A DNA stretch of 43,724 nucleotides from Patescibacteria group bacterium (GTDB taxonomy: Bacteria > Patescibacteriota > Patescibacteriia > Patescibacteriales > CAYMCJ01), in contig JBDRJA010000009.1 in the NCBI GenBank assembly GCA_043815345.1, positions 1 through 43,724 of the forward strand, written 5' to 3'. Positions 33,048 to 41,886 of the stretch are shown here, piece after piece. A program made the position numbers and the translations under genes. The notes under the pieces are model-generated. The model did no database searches and had not been told where the DNA came from. It saw only the letters and a list, made by a program, of their open reading frames with translations. Numbering within the stretch: the stretch's first letter is position 1; each line of letters starts with the position of its first letter.

Positions 33048-34259
33048 ATGAAAATCTGCCTAATAAACAATTTATATAAGCCTTATGACCGTGGTGGAGC
33101 AGTTCGTATTTTAGATATGATCGCCCATGGCTTAAAACAAGCTCATCATGATGTTTTTATTATTTCTAGCAGACCTTTCACTAATGCTAAGAAAAAACAG
33201 GAAAAAGAAAACGATATAAAAACTTACTATTTTCGAACTTTTAATATAACCTCTTATTATAACCTTGGTTACATTCCAATAATTTTTAGAATCTTTTGGC
33301 ATTTGCTGGATATGTTTGATATTGGCAGTTATTTAAAAATAAAAAAAATTCTAAAAAAAGAAAAACCCGAGATCGTAAATACTCACAACTTAAAAGGAGT
33401 TGGCTTTTTAATACCGAAATTAATAAAAAAGTTAAATATCAAACATGTTCACACTCTTCACGATATTCAATTGCTCCATCCATCGGGATTAATGCTCTGC
33501 GGCAAAGAAAAAAGACTAAATAATATTTTAAGCAAAATCTATTCTTATTTTTGTCGCTATTTATTTAGTTCGCCGGATATAATAATCTCTCCTTCAAAAT
33601 GGCTGGCTAATTTGCATCTTGATAAAGGATTTTTTAAAAACTCTAAATTATTTATTTTGCCTAATCCTATTGAAGAAAATAATCTGCATAAAAAACTTCA
33701 GATTAAGCGGTCTAAAAAATTTAGATTTTTATATGTTGGTCAAATTGAAGAACATAAAGGCATACTTTTTTTAATTAAAACTCTTAAATTGCTTAGCGAC
33801 GATTCAAATAATGATAATTTTGAGTTGGTAATAGTTGGCGTAGGGTCAAAAATAAAAAAAGCTAGAAAACTAGCTAGAAATGACATAAATATTATTTTTA
33901 AAAAATGGGAAAATAAAGATGATGGGATAAAAGAAATGTTAAAGTCAGACTGTTTAATTGTTCCCTCTCTTTGTTATGAAAATTCACCAACCGTAATTTA
34001 TGAAGCCGCTTCGGTTGGACTGCCAGTTATTGCCTCACGAATCGGAGGTATTGCAGAATTAATTCATGAATTCGGAGGATTTTTATTTAAACCTGGAAAT
34101 GAAAGTGATTTAATGTACCAGATGGGATGGGTAATGGAAAATTCAAAAGATTTAGAAAAAATCAGGGAAATGGAAATAAAAAAAATAAAAAAATTTTCAA
34201 TAGAAAACTACCTTGAGAAAATATTATTCTTTTTAAAAAATAATCTACTAACTAAATAA
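33048..34259 (+). CDS. Family-4 (GT-B) glycosyltransferase
   Basis: ENSPTVIYEAASVGLPVIASRIGGIAELI block and an N-terminal GT4 domain. Confidence 0.85.
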   Translation: MKICLINNLYKPYDRGGAVRILDMIAHGLKQAHHDVFIISSRPFTNAKKKQEKENDIKTYYFRTFNITSYYNLGYIPIIFRIFWHLLDMFDIGSYLKIKKILKKEKPEIVNTHNLKGVGFLIPKLIKKLNIKHVHTLHDIQLLHPSGLMLCGKEKRLNNILSKIYSYFCRYLFSSPDIIISPSKWLANLHLDKGFFKNSKLFILPNPIEENNLHKKLQIKRSKKFRFLYVGQIEEHKGILFLIKTLKLLSDDSNNDNFELVIVGVGSKIKKARKLARNDINIIFKKWENKDDGIKEMLKSDCLIVPSLCYENSPTVIYEAASVGLPVIASRIGGIAELIHEFGGFLFKPGNESDLMYQMGWVMENSKDLEKIREMEIKKIKKFSIENYLEKILFFLKNNLLTK

Positions 34260-34346
34260 TTAGTGGGTTTTCTTTATATACCCGGTTTCTCTCTGCACAC
34301 ATTAAAAATATTTCCATTACTTCTTTTCTTCCAGAGAGCATCTTGA

Positions 34347-34610
34347 TTAAAACCTAATGAAAACATCCAAGCTTCGCGGCTTGGTTTTTTCTTTGTATTC
34401 TTTAGTGATTTTCTCAAATTTATCCATATCTATATCGTCCAAGGCCACTTCCCGGCGTAAAGTTATTATTTCTTCAGATTGAGTAATGGTCATGTAAAAA
34501 TTCTTGTATAAAAATAAAAAAACTAATACAAAAATAATAAGACTGATAAAAATAATTAAACTATAAAAATAAAAAAATATTTTGCTGCTAGAAATTTTTA
34601 ATTTAATCAT
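34347..34610 (-). CDS. Hypothetical single-pass membrane protein, last gene of the pilMNO operon
   Basis: 87 aa with one N-terminal TM (FFYFYSLIIFISLIIFVLVFLFL). Lies downstream of the pilO-like gene on the same strand. Confidence 0.45.
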   Translation of the reverse strand: MIKLKISSSKIFFYFYSLIIFISLIIFVLVFLFLYKNFYMTITQSEEIITLRREVALDDIDMDKFEKITKEYKEKTKPRSLDVFIRF

Positions 34611-34716
34611 ACTTAATACTTATTATTTCTAATTCTATTATAATAATGTTAATCAATATTCATAACCCATTAAGCTAATGCTTACTATTTACAAATGATT
34701 TCCGTTTCTAAAATTA

Positions 34717-35298
34717 TTATTGTTTCCAGTAAGTATTAGCTTGAATTAATAGACTTACAATGTTTCGGCCATCTCCTTCACTAGTAGTTGATACTTGCTG
34801 TGAACCAGACTTTATATCTATAGATTTAATATTAATATAATAACCTAAAGCCTCTAGATCTGTTAAATATTTCAACTGATTAGAAAAATCTCCTTGGGTT
34901 AGTAATTGAACTGGGACTTCCTTATAGCGACCTTCGTACTCTTCCGACGATGATAATAAATTTATTTTTTGTATTATGCTATTCTTGCCCGCAATGCCCT
35001 CTAGGGTGGTAATAAAATCTAAGCTGCTAGCTTGATTAATAAATATTTGATCAAATATTTTTATGCTCGCTTCAATTTTATTTAACTTTTCTGAAAGTGC
35101 CTTTAGATTTTGCCCTTTAAAATATTTTTGCTCTAATTCTAATCTTTGGAATTCAATTTCCTCTTTAATGCTTTTTATATCGCGAATCGCGGGAAAAACT
35201 ATAAAATAAATAATACTTATAATAAACAAAAAAAGGGTAATAATACTTACTATTATTTTATTTTTTAAATTCAATTTTATTAAATCTTTTGATGGCAT
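34717..35298 (-). CDS. pilO: PilO-like pilus assembly protein
   Basis: N-terminal TM, then a coiled coil (IKSIKEEIEFQRLELEQKYF). The size and the position after pilN are typical. Confidence 0.62.
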   Translation of the reverse strand: MPSKDLIKLNLKNKIIVSIITLFLFIISIIYFIVFPAIRDIKSIKEEIEFQRLELEQKYFKGQNLKALSEKLNKIEASIKIFDQIFINQASSLDFITTLEGIAGKNSIIQKINLLSSSEEYEGRYKEVPVQLLTQGDFSNQLKYLTDLEALGYYINIKSIDIKSGSQQVSTTSEGDGRNIVSLLIQANTYWKQ

Positions 35299-35377
35299 AA
35301 AAAGCTAAATTTTTTTTATCCTCTTCCTATCGAGGTATTCAAATAATTATATAAATATTTATCCATAATCTAATAAT

Positions 35378-35914
35378 TTATTTATATTCACTTAAATCTA
35401 ACCCTGCTTTAATTTCAAAATTAATATTTTCCTTTTCTAGAATATTTTGAATAGGAAAATCTATATTAATAAACACTTTTGAACTCTCAAGTCCTTTCTT
35501 TAAGTTCAGTAAACCATCCCTTGTTTTAGCTATGCCCTTAAATATTGCTTCATTTCTCTCTTTATTAACTTCAATAAAGTTAAAAGAGACATCATCGTTA
35601 ACATTTTCTGCGATATCTTCAAATAAAAACGACCAGGCAATAAAATCATTTTGCACTTTATCTATATAATCAATTTTTGCAATTACTTCTTTTACTCTTG
35701 TATTGCGAGCTTGGCTACTCTTAGTTATTAAAGTTGTTTGCTCTACAATTTCATTAAAGTTATTTTGCATTATTATCTTGGCCGTTAAAATAACGATTGC
35801 AACAAAAAAAGTTACGGCAATTAATATATAATTAGCCTTCTTCAGCATTTCATAAATATGCCTTAATTTTATTTCATTTTTTAATTCTTGGGAAACTAAA
35901 TTAAGTTTTAACAT
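35378..35914 (-). CDS. pilN: PilN-like pilus assembly protein
   Basis: MLKLNLVSQE.. N-terminus, single TM (ILIAVTFFVAIVILTA). Lies immediately after pilM. Confidence 0.68.
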   Translation of the reverse strand: MLKLNLVSQELKNEIKLRHIYEMLKKANYILIAVTFFVAIVILTAKIIMQNNFNEIVEQTTLITKSSQARNTRVKEVIAKIDYIDKVQNDFIAWSFLFEDIAENVNDDVSFNFIEVNKERNEAIFKGIAKTRDGLLNLKKGLESSKVFINIDFPIQNILEKENINFEIKAGLDLSEYK

Positions 35915-35923
35915 AGTATTTTT

Positions 35924-37105
35924 TTATATTCTATCAATAAAAATTCTGCGTAAAGCTAGGCCAATTGCCGTAGTAAAAATCAAACTTGAATTCTGGCGAA
36001 TTGATATATTTTTTTCCTTTTCAATTTTCTTGTTTTTATCAGTCTTTAGTATTAGTTTACTGCCTTTATTTTTAATATTTAAATCATAATTATCTGCTAA
36101 AATCTCAATAAATTTTTCTTTCTCCTTGCCTAGATTTATTAACGGATCTCCTTTTTTAACCAGAGTTGAGACTGATTGTCTAATTATTTCATCAATGCCT
36201 TCAATATTAGAACCGCCTCCGCAAAGCAATATACAATCGATTGGACCGCGGTCAGAAAAACCATTATTATAAAATTCAAGCGCTTTACTCACTTTGTTAT
36301 TCAAATCATTAATCATTCCTGATAATATTTTATAAACTACCCCATTTGCTTTGCTTTTATCTAATCCGCATACGATTTTTGCTTTCTCGGCCTGATCTAT
36401 TTCAATCTCTAGGCTATCGGCAATATTCTTTGTTATCTCATCTCCTGAAATAGGCATGCTAACTGTGAACAGGATCGTATTCTTTGAATAAACAACCATG
36501 CTAGTTCGAGTAGCTCCCATGTCAATAATCGCGTAGTTTTTATTATAAGGACCTTTGAAATCAAGAGATTCTTCACTTAAAAGACTACGGCATAAAGATA
36601 TTGGCTCAATCTCTAATCCTTCTACTGATAGCCCGGCTCTATCTAATGATTCAGTATATTGATTAACAATATTTTTCGGGGAAGCTCCAATTAAAACTTG
36701 CTGGACATCTTCTTTGTCACTAATAACCTGCCAATCATAATATATTTCATCAATCAGCATAGGCACATGTTTCTCGATTTCCGACTCAATAATATCTGAT
36801 AAATTATTTGGTGTCTTTTTAATTTCTATTAGCTTAATAAAAGTCTTCTTCTCTGGCAAACATGCTACTACATTATCAGAAGTAATTCTGCCATACCTTG
36901 GTTTATCTATTAATTTTCTTATCATTTTAACTATTTCCTCTTGATTTTTTATTTCTCCATTGACAATTAAACCGCTAGGCAAGCTAACCTTGCTTATACA
37001 TTGAATTTTAATTTTATTTCCCTTTTTTTGAAGCTGAACTAACTTTAAAGACAACTCCGATATATCTAAACCAACTGAAAATTGGGAATTATTTAAGAAA
37101 AGCAT
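35924..37105 (-). CDS. pilM: PilM, actin-like pilus assembly ATPase
   Basis: VGLDISELSLKLVQL start, IIDMGATRTSMVV phosphate-binding block, LLCGGGSNIEGI. Operon context with pilN and pilO. Confidence 0.87.
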   Translation of the reverse strand: MLFLNNSQFSVGLDISELSLKLVQLQKKGNKIKIQCISKVSLPSGLIVNGEIKNQEEIVKMIRKLIDKPRYGRITSDNVVACLPEKKTFIKLIEIKKTPNNLSDIIESEIEKHVPMLIDEIYYDWQVISDKEDVQQVLIGASPKNIVNQYTESLDRAGLSVEGLEIEPISLCRSLLSEESLDFKGPYNKNYAIIDMGATRTSMVVYSKNTILFTVSMPISGDEITKNIADSLEIEIDQAEKAKIVCGLDKSKANGVVYKILSGMINDLNNKVSKALEFYNNGFSDRGPIDCILLCGGGSNIEGIDEIIRQSVSTLVKKGDPLINLGKEKEKFIEILADNYDLNIKNKGSKLILKTDKNKKIEKEKNISIRQNSSLIFTTAIGLALRRIFIDRI

Positions 37106-37113
37106 AATATTTG

Positions 37114-37177
37114 AATTTCTAAATTATAATTTCTAATGCCTAATCTATTAGAAATTAAAAATTGTAATTTAGAAATT
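37114..37177. repeat. Heptad-periodic palindrome (AATTTCT arms) directly upstream of pilM
   Basis: 37114-37137 aatttctaaattataatttctaat. 37147-37177 is its exact reverse complement except for one inserted heptad, aaaattg. 9-nt loop. Confidence 0.8.
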
Positions 37178-37251
37178 TTCCAATCTTTAATACAGATAAC
37201 AACTATTTATATTATATCATAAGACAAAAACCAATAATACTCTATAAACTT

Positions 37252-38481
37252 CTAATATTCTTCTTCCCAGTGTTCAAAGGTTATAATTGGTGAAAATTCA
37301 GCTGAACTAAATATGCCAGCGATCGTTTCGGTGTTATAATAAATATTAACTGTGCGAGGAGTACTCTCAATTTTTGCATCATGACCACCGACTGCGGCAC
37401 CGTAAATATTAAAATCATACCCTGTAGTTACATTATTCGTTACTACATCATGGCTAGCATAAATTAACCCGTTTATATTTACATCGCCAGTATATTCCTT
37501 AAAATCAATATCGTGTTTAACTAAAATTCCCGATGGTTTTCCAGGAGTATTGTTAACTGTAAGTGTGTTATAGCCGCATCTATCATTCCAACATTCATTT
37601 TCACCTACTTTAAAATCATGTTCTACAACAAGTATGCCATTAATAATTAAAGTTTGCCCCCCCCTTAATTCTATATCTTTATCCACGTAAGTAATATCAT
37701 CATTTAATGTTAAAGTTTGGTTAGACCACATTAAATCTTCAAAATCATCATCATCGTAAACAACATTAGCTCTATTTTTATATGAATTAGGATCGCTTGA
37801 ATAAAAATCAATGGCTGGTATATCTATTTCTATTGATGTAGGTACATCTATAACTCCTCCAACAGTCGTAGAGGCTTGTGAATCAACATCAAAGCTATGC
37901 CCAACCATTACATCATGTTCAAAAAAAACGTCGCTAGAACTACCATCAATATTAATATCGTGATTAGAAAAAGTATCGCCACCGTAAAAATATACAGCAC
38001 TATTATTAATATTTATATCGTGATTGCCATAAGCTGCTACATCTCCTTCCAATCCCCCCACCAAAGCTTTATATATCTTAGCTCTAACAATCCTTCGGCT
38101 AACCTTACCATCCCCTACGTCTATTGCTCCCTCGGATACTATTTCACCGTTAGCAAAGCCAGAATTAGCAATAGCTACTGTGTATGAACCACTACCTGCT
38201 CCAAAGGGATTATCTCTATCAAACTCTTCAGCCCAGCCTGAATTTGTTTCAAAGTTATTTTTATAAACAGTATCATTTTTTAATTTCCATACCATTTCAT
38301 TAAAGCCGGCTTCAGCTAAATAATAAGTTTTTGCTCCCAAAGCTTGATTATGAGCAATTTGTTTTTCAGTTAAAGAAAAGCTTAAAAAATAGATAGCCAA
38401 AAACAAAATCAAGGTCATTAGTAATATGGTAATAATTAAAGCAACTCCTTTCCTATTTTTTGTAGAATATATATATTTCAT
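37252..38481 (-). CDS. PilX/GspK-like large minor pilin with a repeat-rich C-terminal domain
   Basis: PilX_N-like start KGVALIITILLMTLILFLAI...AKTYYLAEAGFNE, with no Glu at +5. Seven x-H-D-[IVFA]-x-[IVF] motifs: NHDININ, NHDINID, EHDVMVG, EHDFKVG, KHDIDFK, SHDVVTN, GHDAKIE. Confidence 0.7.
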   Translation of the reverse strand: MKYIYSTKNRKGVALIITILLMTLILFLAIYFLSFSLTEKQIAHNQALGAKTYYLAEAGFNEMVWKLKNDTVYKNNFETNSGWAEEFDRDNPFGAGSGSYTVAIANSGFANGEIVSEGAIDVGDGKVSRRIVRAKIYKALVGGLEGDVAAYGNHDININNSAVYFYGGDTFSNHDINIDGSSSDVFFEHDVMVGHSFDVDSQASTTVGGVIDVPTSIEIDIPAIDFYSSDPNSYKNRANVVYDDDDFEDLMWSNQTLTLNDDITYVDKDIELRGGQTLIINGILVVEHDFKVGENECWNDRCGYNTLTVNNTPGKPSGILVKHDIDFKEYTGDVNINGLIYASHDVVTNNVTTGYDFNIYGAAVGGHDAKIESTPRTVNIYYNTETIAGIFSSAEFSPIITFEHWEEEY

Positions 38482-38564
38482 CTTAATGGTTAATTACTCA
38501 GTTAGCCAGTTACGTGGTTTTTAGTTTCATTTAAAGCGAATGTCACAACTAAATTGCCAATGAA

Positions 38565-39119
38565 CTAATTACGAGTAAAAATGCTTGAATTTATATTAAA
38601 AGCCTCTTGAGCTTTAGCTAATTCCAAGGATACGTTAATCAACCCTCCTGATCCCCAAAAATCTAAATCACTAAAATATTCTCCAACTATTAAATCGCCT
38701 AGATCTATTACTTCAGGCTCACCACCAAACTCATCTCGGCTATAATAGCTTACATAAGTATCTTCATCTGGCTCAAAATAATAAGCAGTGTACGCTCGAT
38801 ACAAGTCAGTTCCGTTTAAATGATAACGTAAATAAGTTATTTGATTTACATCATGTCCATCCTGAAAAAAAATTTCCGCCACCGCACTCCCTTCGGTTTC
38901 GGGTAAATTAGTAATAATATCAACTGATTGGCGCAACTCTCTTGATATTCTATCTAATGATACTCGAGCATTCTGAACTAATTCACTCTTATTAGAGCCT
39001 TTGTTATATGAAAACTGTGACAGTGAATACATTGAATTAACAAGTAAAATAACAATAGTAAATAAAGAAATACTAACTAAAATTTCTAATACTGTAAAAC
39101 CATTTTTTATTCCTTTCAT
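38565..39119 (-). CDS. PilW/GspJ-like minor pilin
   Basis: Prepilin signal KNG/FTVLEILVSISLFTIVILL with Glu+5, then ELVQNARVSLDRISRELRQS, typical of GspJ/PilW. Confidence 0.8.
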   Translation of the reverse strand: MKGIKNGFTVLEILVSISLFTIVILLVNSMYSLSQFSYNKGSNKSELVQNARVSLDRISRELRQSVDIITNLPETEGSAVAEIFFQDGHDVNQITYLRYHLNGTDLYRAYTAYYFEPDEDTYVSYYSRDEFGGEPEVIDLGDLIVGEYFSDLDFWGSGGLINVSLELAKAQEAFNINSSIFTRN

Positions 39120-39372
39120 AACTTTCTTGTCATTTATTGTTATTATTTAATATTATAGTGATAAATTGTTCTTATTATTTAGGGCTTACAGGTTTCGTTA
39201 GATGAAAGATTGGGATTTCTTATTCGCTCTTTTGTGAAAAATGAATTTAATACCAAACTAAATTAATTCATTCCACATAAATCCTCTCTTAAGAGGGAAT
39301 TAAAGGGGGGTGTTACATTATATAAATAGCGCAAATTAGTTTCGTTTAGTATAGCCCTTAATCCTGTATCTC

Positions 39373-39828
39373 TTATTGCTCGCTTATTAAAGTTTTTATA
39401 CTATAACTTTTTTCTGTTTTTGATATGGCATTATTATAATAAATCGTAGAAGAAATCTTTTTCATGCCCATGCCCCCAACAACTTCATTTAAATCTCCGT
39501 CTACGTAGCTTACTTCTGTTTGTCTTTGAAAAAAATATAAATAGCTTGAAGAATCGTTAGATAAACGATGTTTCTCTTCTATTATACCAACACTGATATT
39601 GGCATACCCCAAAGAAACTAGTTCTTCTATCTTATCTTGAGCTAAATAAGAAGCAGTGGTTGTGTTTTCTCCTTCTTTAGTAATTGATAAACCAAAAGGA
39701 AATGAAAAAACTAAACCGACAAAAGCTACTGTTAAAATAGTTAAAGCGACCATAATCTCTATTAGAGATAAACCTTGTTGAAATTTTAAAATATTTCTAT
39801 AAGTCATAAACTTGTTGAGTGAACTCAT
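39373..39828 (-). CDS. PilV/GspI-like minor pilin
   Basis: Prepilin signal QQG/LSLIEIMVALTILTVAFVGL with Glu+5, then ASYLAQDKIEEL, typical of GspI/PilV. Confidence 0.78.
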   Translation of the reverse strand: MSSLNKFMTYRNILKFQQGLSLIEIMVALTILTVAFVGLVFSFPFGLSITKEGENTTTASYLAQDKIEELVSLGYANISVGIIEEKHRLSNDSSSYLYFFQRQTEVSYVDGDLNEVVGGMGMKKISSTIYYNNAISKTEKSYSIKTLISEQ

Positions 39829-39859
39829 CTAAGATATAAGAATATTGCGCTAAAAATCG

Positions 39860-40318
39860 CTATTCTAACTTTATATAACCAGAAGGTTTAATATTTACAG
39901 TAGCAGTTACGTTATTTGTATTAACTAAAAAAATCTCTCCGGCCTGGCTTACTCCTCCATAGTAATTAAAAATTACTCTATGACCGCTTAATCCTGTGAT
40001 GTCTTGAAAATTAATATTTGAATCAAACTCAACGGTTTTAATTGTAGTAGTAGCCACGTCAAGTTTAAAAATCTGGTAAAGACCATTATTTATATCAAAA
40101 TTAACCGAATGGGGTATCTGTTCGGTAATAGTTAATTGCTGGGCATAGCGTAAGTCGCTTACTAAATCCCTAGCAGTAGCGCTAAGCTTTAAATTGGGTT
40201 GGTATTTTCTTAGATAAGGAATGGAAATAGTGGTTAGCAATACTATTACTCCAATAGAGACAAGTAAATTAAATAGAGAATAACCCGATTGCTCTTTTCT
40301 TAGATTATATTTATACAT
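39860..40318 (-). CDS. FimT/GspH-like minor pilin
   Basis: Signal-like EQSG/YSLFNLLVSIGVIVLL (Asn rather than Glu at +5), then a GspH-type block LKLSATARDLVSDLRYAQQLTITEQ. Confidence 0.68.
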   Translation of the reverse strand: MYKYNLRKEQSGYSLFNLLVSIGVIVLLTTISIPYLRKYQPNLKLSATARDLVSDLRYAQQLTITEQIPHSVNFDINNGLYQIFKLDVATTTIKTVEFDSNINFQDITGLSGHRVIFNYYGGVSQAGEIFLVNTNNVTATVNIKPSGYIKLE

Positions 40319-40571
40319 GATTTCGAAATATATTAATATTTTAGGACCTGCGAGTTTGAACTATTTTCCCTTTAGTGATATTCATTTGCATTTTTATAAA
40401 CCACGTTTTTAATAAACAGTAAATAGTAATCAGTAATTAATAAAATAGCTAAGATTAAAATTCTATTTACCTGCCTGTCGCAGGCTGGCTGTTTACTTCA
40501 CGGTAACATCAATAATAGATATAGAAACAAAAATTTTATTAAAAGAATCAAACGCGTAAGTCCTGATTTTA

Positions 40572-41774
40572 TTACATATTTGAAGTTAATGAATACATAG
40601 GCATAACTATGGCCGCGGCCATAACACCAATTCCGCTACCTAACACAAGAATAAGTAATGGCTCAATGATGGAAGGTAAACTTTCCATAATTTCGTTAAC
40701 TTCACCCTCATAAAAATCAGCTAATTCCGACAACATATTGTCAAGCTCTCCTGTTTCTTCTCCCACTGACACAATTTGGCAAACTACAGGAGGAAATAAC
40801 GAGGGGTAAATATTAATCACTTCATTGATCTGGCTTCCCTTTTTAATTCTCTCTGACATGTCATTAACCGCTTTTCTATAATGAAGATTGCCTAAAACAC
40901 TGGCTGTTATCTCAAAAGTTTTTATAATCATAATATCTGTTTTAAGTAAACTGCTAATTATTCTAGAAAAACGAGCTAAATTAATTTTCTTAACAATGGG
41001 AGATATAATTGGAAATTTTAAAAGTATAGCCTGAAAATAATACTTTCCTCTATATGTTCTTAAAATTTGAATAATTGATATCACAAAAATAATAAAAGCA
41101 ACGGAAGCAAATATTCCATTATTTACAATGGCGTCGCTAACAGCAATTAGTATTTTAGTAATTACTGGCAACTCTGCATCAAATTCCTTTAGCATTCCTG
41201 TTAATTTTGGCACTACTACAACCATCATAAAAACACCTATCCCTCCCATAGCAAAAACGATCACCGCGGGATAAGTTAAAGCGCTTCTAACTTTAGAAAT
41301 TAGTTCATGTTGTTTCTTGAGCTGGATATAAAGCTGAGACAGAATATCTTCAAGTTTCCCGGATACTTCGCCAGCTTCAATCATGCTAATAAATAACTCA
41401 CCAAATACTTTCTTGTGTGAGCTTAAGCTTTCAGTAAGGCTCATCCCTTTTTCTACTTTTTGTTCAACATCTTTGATAACTTTAGAGAAAAATTTGTTGG
41501 GTGTTTGCTTGGATAATGTTTCTAAGCCAGCCGATAATGAAATACCTGACTTAAGCATTATGGCTAAATATTGAACAAAAAAAAGCTTCTCTTTTAAAGG
41601 CACCCGAGAAAAACGATAAAGAAAATTATTAATCTTCTCCATAAAAGGAAGAGAATCTTTATTTTTTTCCTTCTCAAAACTACTATCTTCTTTTGAACCA
41701 GTTTCTTTTGTTAAATCATCATTAACAGAGCCTTCTTCTGTATTATTTATCTTTTTAGGTAAATTAATTGGCAT
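40572..41774 (-). CDS. pilC: Type IV pilus / T2SS platform protein (GspF/PilC family)
   Basis: Two T2SSF repeats (LAIMLKSGISLSAGLETL.. and SSLLKTDIMIIKTFEITA..), three TM segments, about 400 aa. Confidence 0.92.
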   Translation of the reverse strand: MPINLPKKINNTEEGSVNDDLTKETGSKEDSSFEKEKNKDSLPFMEKINNFLYRFSRVPLKEKLFFVQYLAIMLKSGISLSAGLETLSKQTPNKFFSKVIKDVEQKVEKGMSLTESLSSHKKVFGELFISMIEAGEVSGKLEDILSQLYIQLKKQHELISKVRSALTYPAVIVFAMGGIGVFMMVVVVPKLTGMLKEFDAELPVITKILIAVSDAIVNNGIFASVAFIIFVISIIQILRTYRGKYYFQAILLKFPIISPIVKKINLARFSRIISSLLKTDIMIIKTFEITASVLGNLHYRKAVNDMSERIKKGSQINEVINIYPSLFPPVVCQIVSVGEETGELDNMLSELADFYEGEVNEIMESLPSIIEPLLILVLGSGIGVMAAAIVMPMYSLTSNM

Positions 41775-41886
41775 AATAGAAATTTATTAATTTATAATAA
41801 ATATTTAATAACAATAGCGCTTTTGTGCTAACTAATAAACTACGGCCACAAATTAAAATGTTTACAAAACTATCTTGTCAAATAAA

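Noticed and set aside
28986-34259. The plus-strand block (pilB plus the glycosyltransferases) as a recent inversion that split an originally co-linear pilus operon
   Set aside because: The gene order would become co-linear if the block were inverted. However, I found no convincing inverted repeats at the two boundaries (28543-28985 and 34260-34346), only a weak direct similarity (..catctt..aaac).
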